A stretch of 64,000 bases of DNA from Bacteroidales bacterium (GTDB taxonomy: Bacteria > Bacteroidota > Bacteroidia > Bacteroidales > VadinHA17): assembly GCA_034522515.1 (NCBI GenBank), contig JAXHLF010000029.1, positions 7,809-71,808 on the forward strand. The letters are read 5' to 3'. The notes below the pieces were generated by a model. It was not told where the DNA came from, did no database searches, and saw only the letters and a program-made list of their open reading frames with translations. Position numbers and translations under genes: made by a program. Shown one piece after another: positions 58,511 to 64,000 of the stretch; position 1 is the first letter of the stretch; every line of letters starts with the position of its first letter.

Positions 58511-59907
58511 TAAACTTCTTTCAGCAGTTCTGGCCGGATCCTGTAGGCCTCAGCACCAGCTCCCCGAACAGCGTGTTGGGCCCAGGCAAACCACTTCCTG
58601 GTGTACTTTGTCGGGTCATTCCTTCATGACCAACTCATGCATGAAGCCTGGCTGCATGGGTGTTCCCTAATATCCTAGTGATGATATGATATCGTTATCG
58701 TTACTGGTGGTGAGAGCCCGTATGGCTTAGCTATCGGCCACCGCGGTTAGCCGGTGCTAAAAATTCGTACCCTACCGCTATATCCGGAGAAAGAAAAATT
58801 GCTTCTGCTCATACAAAGCTTCTGTACGGAGAGATAAAGCGGATCACTGCGGTCAATGGTTCCCAGGTAGGGCAGGCCCAGCAGGCTCGGCACGTTGGCA
58901 TCATCCATGAAATTGTAATTGTAGTAGCCGTCGGTCTCATAGGGGATGATCTCCCCGTGCTGCGGATGCAGTGCCCTGGCGTAAGTGGCGAGAGCAGCGT
59001 CAACCTCATCAGCCAGCCCGGCGGCGTCTCTGGCCAGCACCTCATCACGGGTAACGGATGTGGCAATCTCCGCCATCTGCCTGAGCGACTTCACCGCAAA
59101 AACAAACCTTCGAGGGAATGAGGAAAGGCCATATAGTTGCATCATCCGACGCCGGAAGATGGAGACGATCAGTCCGACAGGATCGACCGGGTTGCCAAGC
59201 CGCCGCCGGCTACAGTATCGGTCTGCCATCCTGTTACCCTCTGGAATCCCCCTTTTTTTTTTGGGTGCATGACTCGTCAAACACCGAGGTGTCACCGGTA
59301 GCCTTCCAGTAACCGTGAGCCAGCCTAAAAAAATCCCACAGAGAGTCTATCTCCCACTTGCGCTCATGAAGCTCGGGCTTCATGTCGGTGAGGTCATTCA
59401 TCCACTCTACTCTGTCCGGGACCGTCATTGAAGGCATTGGCATAATGCCCCAGAATGAATGCACTTTACCTGTCTGTTGATGACCCCGGCTATCAGATCC
59501 TTAAGGTTTGTGTTACGGCAGAAAGTGCGGCACAGACGGCCATACCTGTGCGGTGGAATCGCGGAGCCACATGGCGTTGATGTCACCCGTGATGACGAAT
59601 GTGTCGGGCCTGTTATCCCTGACGGAGAAGTTAACGGGTAGTGTCAAGCGTGTTCGGGAAGCAGTTGCCAAAGAGCCATGCCAGTTGGCTGTCGCCGACA
59701 GATGACTCTATCTCCCTGATGGTCTCCTCCATCACCTTGCTGCGGAACCTGCGCAACCTGGGCGCGGGGCCTGTTGGAAGTCCACCTGGCTGCCCTGCCT
59801 GTTGAGAATGCCGGAAAAGCCGCGGATGCCGGGAATGCATTAACGCCGGCAGAGATGGCGGCACCTGCCACCGCGGTGTTTCTGATGAACCTGCGACGCG
59901 TTGACAT
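58511..59907 (-). pseudogene. GH125-family (DUF1237) exo-alpha-1,6-mannosidase-like protein with Tat-type signal, frame breaks
   Basis: 59644..59907 (MSTRRRFIRNTAVAGAAISAGVNAF...) and 59631..59864 (...LAWLFGNCFPNTLDTT). Further pieces are 59234..59464 and 58747..59295 (...IIPYETDGYYNYNFMDDANVPSLLGLPYLG...). A shifted C-terminus ends ...NTLFGELVL...ELLKEV* at 58511. Confidence 0.65.
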
Positions 59908-59951
59908 CGGATTATCTCTTTATTGCCGGTTTATTCCTGATTGAAACATCC

Positions 59952-61719
59952 TTACTGTACATTAACCCAGATCCCAGTCCTGGTTCCAGCGCCCCAGTTG
60001 ATCTTCACCTCCAGCTCGCCGGGAAAACACGAAACAGGCTCGGGGATTTCTGAGAAGGCTGAAGTCGCCTGTCGTCCCATACCATATCTTGAGTCGAGGT
60101 CATAGATCGCCTTAAGCCTGTAGCGTCCTTTGTCAAGAAGCGGGAAGGTGATATCGCCGGGGCTCCTGACATATTCCTCCCTGACGACCTTTTCCTTTTC
60201 GGCAAGCAGCTGCACGATTACATTTCCCGCATAGCCCGACAGTTTTGCCCTGATACTTCCGTAATCTTCTTCGGTGGCGACGGCAAACCTGTAATTCGTT
60301 GAATCGGTTACATTTCCATAGATATCCCTGAAGGAGCCTCCCATACAGACGAGGGAATATGTACCGCCGGGTATCAGCGGAGCCTTCATCATCAAATTTC
60401 TGCAGTGGTGCTGTCACTGATAAATTCAAAGTTCAACTCCGTTCTGACCGTATCGATGGTCTGAATGAGCGTTATAAGTGAAGTGTCAGGGTCAGCCAGC
60501 GGAACTGCTGACCTGAAGTATGGTTCAGCTCCGGGTCTTATCTTTCCGATAAGATTTGTGGTCAGCGTCAGCGCCGGGGCTCTGCCGGCACCTCCCCGCG
60601 GAGTAGCAGGCTTTGTATACCGGAGGTTGAGCGTGTCGGTTCTGGCAATGACGGTGCCGGTGCTGTCAGTGAAGGGATAGGTAAGCAAAGCCTCTATCAG
60701 ATCACGTCCGTAAACCTCAGGGTCGGTGATCCAGATCATGAAGGTGTCACGGGCGGCATTGTTTTCCATGTACCATGATTGCGGCGGAGGATCGGTAAAA
60801 GAATTGAAACCTAACCTGTGTCTGTTGGCAGCGCCAGCCCGAAGCCCACTGACCAGGCGCTCCTCCTGTCGTAGAACCCGAGGTACTGCTTCCATGGCTC
60901 CTGCTGGAAGGCATATAACCCAATTGATGCCGAAAAGGAAGATATTCGGTTTGGTTGTCTCAGTGGCAGTGGCAGGTTTATACTTTATCGAGTTAGGCAC
61001 GACGGAACAGTATCTCCTCCGGGGTGATATGGATGAGCGAATCACAGAAGGCAAATATCTCGTCATCAATATCGTACAGTCTGTTCCCGTTAAGGTCCTG
61101 AACTGCAAAGAGCCTGTAATGGCCGGGCTTAATGTTGTTTATCATGAAACCGCCTGACGGGTCGGGACGCGAAATATAAGCCGGAAGGAGTTTACGCGGT
61201 GCGGTATCAGAGAGGTTGGAATACATCATGACCATGACATCTTCCACTGTCTCCAGGCTGGCGGCGTCGTAAACACATTGCCCGTAAGAGAGAGGAAGTC
61301 GAGCACGGTACCGGTAGAAAAGACATACTGGTAGTTCGGAATGGGATTGTTCTCGTCATTGTCGCGTATGGCGTCCTGAAAGTAAAAGGTGTAGGTGGTG
61401 CGGTCTGCCAGCTCCTCATCCCATGTCACCAGCAGGCTTTTTCCCTTTAGTCTGATATTCCGTTTTGTCGCCAGGGGAGGCGATACCATGAACTTCTCGG
61501 TTATCCGGTCAAGCACGACGAACTCGTCAAATGTGATTGCGAACTCGATTATCCGTAAGAAGGACTGTACCATTCTCCGGCTGGCTCTTAAGGCTTACCC
61601 GGAGGGTCGGTGTCTTTAGGTCCGCCTGATGGCGAGCTTATCTTGGGGCATGACAATATAAACAGCATGATCAAGGCCGTTGCGCCCAGCCTGCCTGATA
61701 TGTAACTCCCGCGATCCAC
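59952..61719 (-). pseudogene. Ig-like (Big_5-type) domain lipoprotein, frame breaks
   Basis: The GTG at 61719 is inferred from the better-preserved mirror copy (...RLGATALIMLFILSCAK). Pieces are 61226..61573 (FAITFDEFVVLDRITEKFMVSPPL...YTFYFQDAIRDN), 60993..61247, 60392..61108 and 59952..60395. Confidence 0.65.
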
Positions 61720-61818
61720 CGCTTACAAACTTACATCAAATTTTGTTAAGTAAATAAGATGGGCGGCATGCGCAACCGATACTTTATACCGGATAAGTTT
61801 TCCTGTCACTTTTTTATT

Positions 61819-61826
61819 TAATTTTG
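61819..61826 (+). promoter_or_regulatory. -7 promoter box TAATTTTG upstream of lgt
   Basis: Matches TAnnTTTG; 20 nt upstream of the ATG at 61846. Confidence 0.4.
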
Positions 61827-61845
61827 TGTTCCATACACAATACCT

Positions 61846-62235
61846 ATGGAGCTTCAGATAATTCCGTGAAATGTTGATCCGGAGATCTTCCGGATCGGCA
61901 ACTTTGCCGTGAGATGGTACGGCCTCCTCTTCGCATCCGGATTTGTATTCGGATATTACATCATGAGGAACATCTTCAAAAATGAGGGAATGGGCGATGA
62001 GACCCTGGACAGGCTCACAGTCTATGTTGCCATTGGAACAATTGTCGGCGCCAAGCTGCGTCACTGCCTGTTCTATGAGCTGGCCTATTACCTTGCTAAC
62101 CCGTTGGAGATACTAAAGGTATGGCATGGTGGATTAGCCAGCCACGGGACAGCCATAAGGATCCCGCTGGCACTGTGGCTTTTTTCCAGGAAAGAGAAAA
62201 AACCGTTCATATGGGCCATTGACCGCGTAGTGAGC
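61846..62235 (+). CDS. lgt: Prolipoprotein diacylglyceryl transferase, 5' part only (sequence ends at the adapter junction)
   Basis: MELQIIP(*)NVDPEIFRIGNFAVRWYGLLFASGFVFGYYI...LKVWHGGLASHG... (ORF 61909..62253). The reading frame runs straight into adapter sequence at ~62236. Confidence 0.8.
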
Positions 62236-62238
62236 AAA

Positions 62239-62290
62239 GCAATACGTAACTGAACGAAGAGATCGAACAGTTACGTATTTTCTTGCTCAC
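62239..62290. other. Oxford Nanopore ligation-adapter remnants (bottom strand, then 3' part of the top strand) at the axis of the inverted duplication
   Basis: 62239-62259 reads GCAATACGTAACTGAACGAAG, which is 21 of the 22 nt of the ONT Y-adapter bottom strand GCAATACGTAACTGAACGAAGT. 62262-62287 (atcgaacagttacgtattttcttgct) is an error-containing ...TTCGTTCAGTTACGTATTGCT, the top-strand 3' end. Confidence 0.9.
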
Positions 62291-62673
62291 TACGCGGTCA
62301 ATGGCCCAGATGAATGGCTTAGCTCTTTCCTGGAAAAAAGCCACAGTGCCAGTGGGATACCTATGGCTGCCCCGTGGCTGGCCAATCCACCATGCCATAC
62401 CTTCAGTATCTCCAACGGGTTAGCAAGGTAATAGGCCGGCTCATAGAACAGGCAGTGACCCAGCCTGGCGCCGACAATTGTTCCAATGGCAACATATACC
62501 GTGAGCCTGTCCAGGGTCTCATCGCCCAGCCCCTCATTTTTGAAGATGTTCCTCAGGATGTAATATCCGAATACAAATCCGGATGCGAAGAGGAGGCCGT
62601 ACCATCTCACGGCAAAGTTGCCGATCCGGAAGATCTCCGGATCAACATTCCACGGAATTACCTGAAGCTCCAT
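62290..62673 (-). CDS. lgt: Artefactual reverse-complement copy of the lgt 5' part
   Basis: ORF MELQVIPWNVDPEIFRIGNFAVRWYGLLFASGFVFGYYI... mirrors 61846-62235 with scattered substitutions and indels. Confidence 0.7.
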   Translation of the reverse strand: MELQVIPWNVDPEIFRIGNFAVRWYGLLFASGFVFGYYILRNIFKNEGLGDETLDRLTVYVAIGTIVGARLGHCLFYEPAYYLANPLEILKVWHGGLASHGAAIGIPLALWLFSRKELSHSSGPLTA

Positions 62674-62799
62674 AGGTATTGTGTATGGAATACAAAATTA
62701 ATTAAAAAAGTCACAGGGAAGCTTATCCGGTATAAAGTATGGGTTGCGCATGCCGCCCATCTTATTTACTTAACAAAATTTGATGTAAGTTTGTAAGCG

Positions 62800-64000
62800 G
62801 TGGATCGCGGGAGTTACATATCAGGCAGGCTGGGCGCAACGGCCCTGATCATGCTGTTTATATTGTCATGTGCCAAGATAAGCTCGCCATCAGGCGGACC
62901 TAAAGACACCGACCCTCCGGTAGTCCTTAAGAGCCAGCCGGAGAATGGTACGGTCCTTTTTACAGATAATGAGTTCGCAATCACATTTGACGAGTTCGTC
63001 GTGCTTGACCGGATAACCGAGAAGTTCATGGTATCGCCTCCCCTTGCCAGAAAACCGGATATCAGACTGAAGGGAAAAAGCCTGCCGGTGACATGGGATG
63101 AGGAGCTGGCAGACAGTACCACCTATACCTTTTACTTTCAGGACGCCATACGCGACAATAACGAGAACAATCCCATTCCGAACTACCAGTATGTCTTTTC
63201 TACCGGTACCGTGCTCGACTCCCTCTCTCTTACGGGCAATGTGTTTGACGCCGCCAGCCTCGAGACAGTGGAGGATGTCATGGTCATGATGTATTCCAAT
63301 CTCTCTGATACTGCACCGCGTAAACTCCTTCCGGCATATATTTCGCGTCCCAACCCGTCAGGCGGTTTCATGATAAACAACATCAAGCCCGGTCATTACA
63401 GGCTCTTTGCAGTTAAGGACCTTAACGGGAACAGACTGTACGATCTTGATGACGAGATATTTGCCTTCTGTGATTCGCTCATCCATATCACCCCGGAGGA
63501 GTACTATTCCGTCGTGCCTGACTCGATAAAGTATAAACCTGCCACTGCCACTGAGACAACCAAACCGGATATCTTCCTTTTCGGCATCCATCGGTTATAT
63601 GCCTTCCAGCAGGAGCCATGGAAGCAGTACCTCAGGTTCTCCGACAGGAGGAGCGCCTGGTCAGTGGGCTTCGGGCTGGCGCTGCCAACAGACACAGGTC
63701 AGGTTTCAATCTCTTTTACCGATGCTCCGCCGCAATCATGGTACATGGAAAACAATGCCGCCCGTGACACCTTCATGATCTGGATCACTGACCCTGAGGT
63801 TTACGGACGTGATCTGATAGAGGCTCTGCTTACCTATCCCTTCACTGACAGCACCGGCACCGTCATTGCCAGAACCGACACGCTCAACCTCCGGTATACA
63901 AAGCCTGCTACTCCGCGGGGAGGTGCCGGCAGAGCCCCGGCGCTGACGCTGACCACAAATCTTATCGGAAAGATAAGACCCGGAGCTGAACCATACTTCA
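62800..64000 (+). CDS. Artefactual reverse-complement copy of the Ig-like lipoprotein gene (runs to the window end)
   Basis: The GTG at 62800 gives VDRGSYISGRLGATALIMLFILSCAKISSPSGGPKDTDPPVVLKSQPENGTVLFTDNEFAITFDEFVVLD.... It mirrors 61719 down to 60514. Confidence 0.7.
   Translation, partial: MDRGSYISGRLGATALIMLFILSCAKISSPSGGPKDTDPPVVLKSQPENGTVLFTDNEFAITFDEFVVLDRITEKFMVSPPLARKPDIRLKGKSLPVTWDEELADSTTYTFYFQDAIRDNNENNPIPNYQYVFSTGTVLDSLSLTGNVFDAASLETVEDVMVMMYSNLSDTAPRKLLPAYISRPNPSGGFMINNIKPGHYRLFAVKDLNGNRLYDLDDEIFAFCDSLIHITPEEYYSVVPDSIKYKPATATETTKPDIFLFGIHRLYAFQQEPWKQYLRFSDRRSAWSVGFGLALPTDTGQVSISFTDAPPQSWYMENNAARDTFMIWITDPEVYGRDLIEALLTYPFTDSTGTVIARTDTLNLRYTKPATPRGGAGRAPALTLTTNLIGKIRPGAEPYF

Noticed and set aside
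61720-62800. The large inverted repeat around lgt as a biological invertible segment or palindromic amplification
   Set aside because: ONT adapter sequence sits exactly at the symmetry axis, and the arm differences look like read errors. See the first finding.
1-64000. Mobile-element genes (transposase, integrase, recombinase), prophage genes, and rRNA operons
   Set aside because: I recognised no ORF or frame fragment with such motifs in any frame. The TA cassettes and AT-richer patches therefore have no visible mobilisation machinery in this window.

Overview
This is a Bacteroidota-type chromosomal segment. Support: an UpxY/Wza/Wzc capsule locus, TAnnTTTG -7 promoter boxes 7-26 nt upstream of several start codons, and many lipoprotein signal peptides. 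It comes from an error-prone Nanopore assembly. Layout: (1) 1-15.7 kb is a minus-strand capsule/exopolysaccharide locus: Wzi-like, UpxY antiterminator, Wza, two tandem Wzc-type co-polymerase/tyrosine kinases, three small beta-barrel OMPs, wecB and ugd. An AT-richer AbiEii-type toxin-antitoxin cassette sits in the 3' end of wecB, and a WbaP-like initiating transferase is divergently transcribed. (2) 16-29.6 kb holds housekeeping genes (dksA-like, ileS, ribE, ubiX, a PNPOx-fold gene, dnaG) mixed with AT-richer accessory genes: two ATPase + PD-(D/E)xK-fold genes flanking ileS and a decayed second AbiEi/AbiEii pair. (3) 29.6-37.9 kb is a thioester alpha-2-macroglobulin lipoprotein plus pbpC. (4) 38-44.4 kb holds a PAS histidine-kinase remnant, an aberrant tRNA-Val-like gene with its own terminator, a SPOR protein, and a propeller/Y_Y_Y/LytS-type kinase with a LytTR regulator. 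(5) 44.8-59.9 kb holds two GH29 fucosidases, an unknown gene coupled to ispD, an acyl-CoA ligase, and an amino-sugar/mannoside cluster (ROK x2, SIS, PIG-L, PFK, CBM9-like, GH125). (6) 59.9-62.2 kb holds an Ig-like lipoprotein and the 5' part of lgt. Oxford Nanopore ligation-adapter sequence follows at 62239-62290, and then comes the reverse complement of 60514-62235. The last ~1.7 kb is therefore an unsplit template/complement chimera, not genome. More than half of the genes, including essential ileS and ispD, have frame breaks. I attribute most of these to indel errors and cannot separate them from true pseudogenes without reads. I recognised no CRISPR array, rRNA, transposase or integrase. 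The main biological observations are the TA cassette in wecB with a diverged duplicate gene end, a ~90-nt hairpin repeat family, period-7/8 'word' repeats at gene boundaries with a related tract inside pbpC, tandem downstream copies of gene 3' ends, and polypurine tracts including one that splits ispD.
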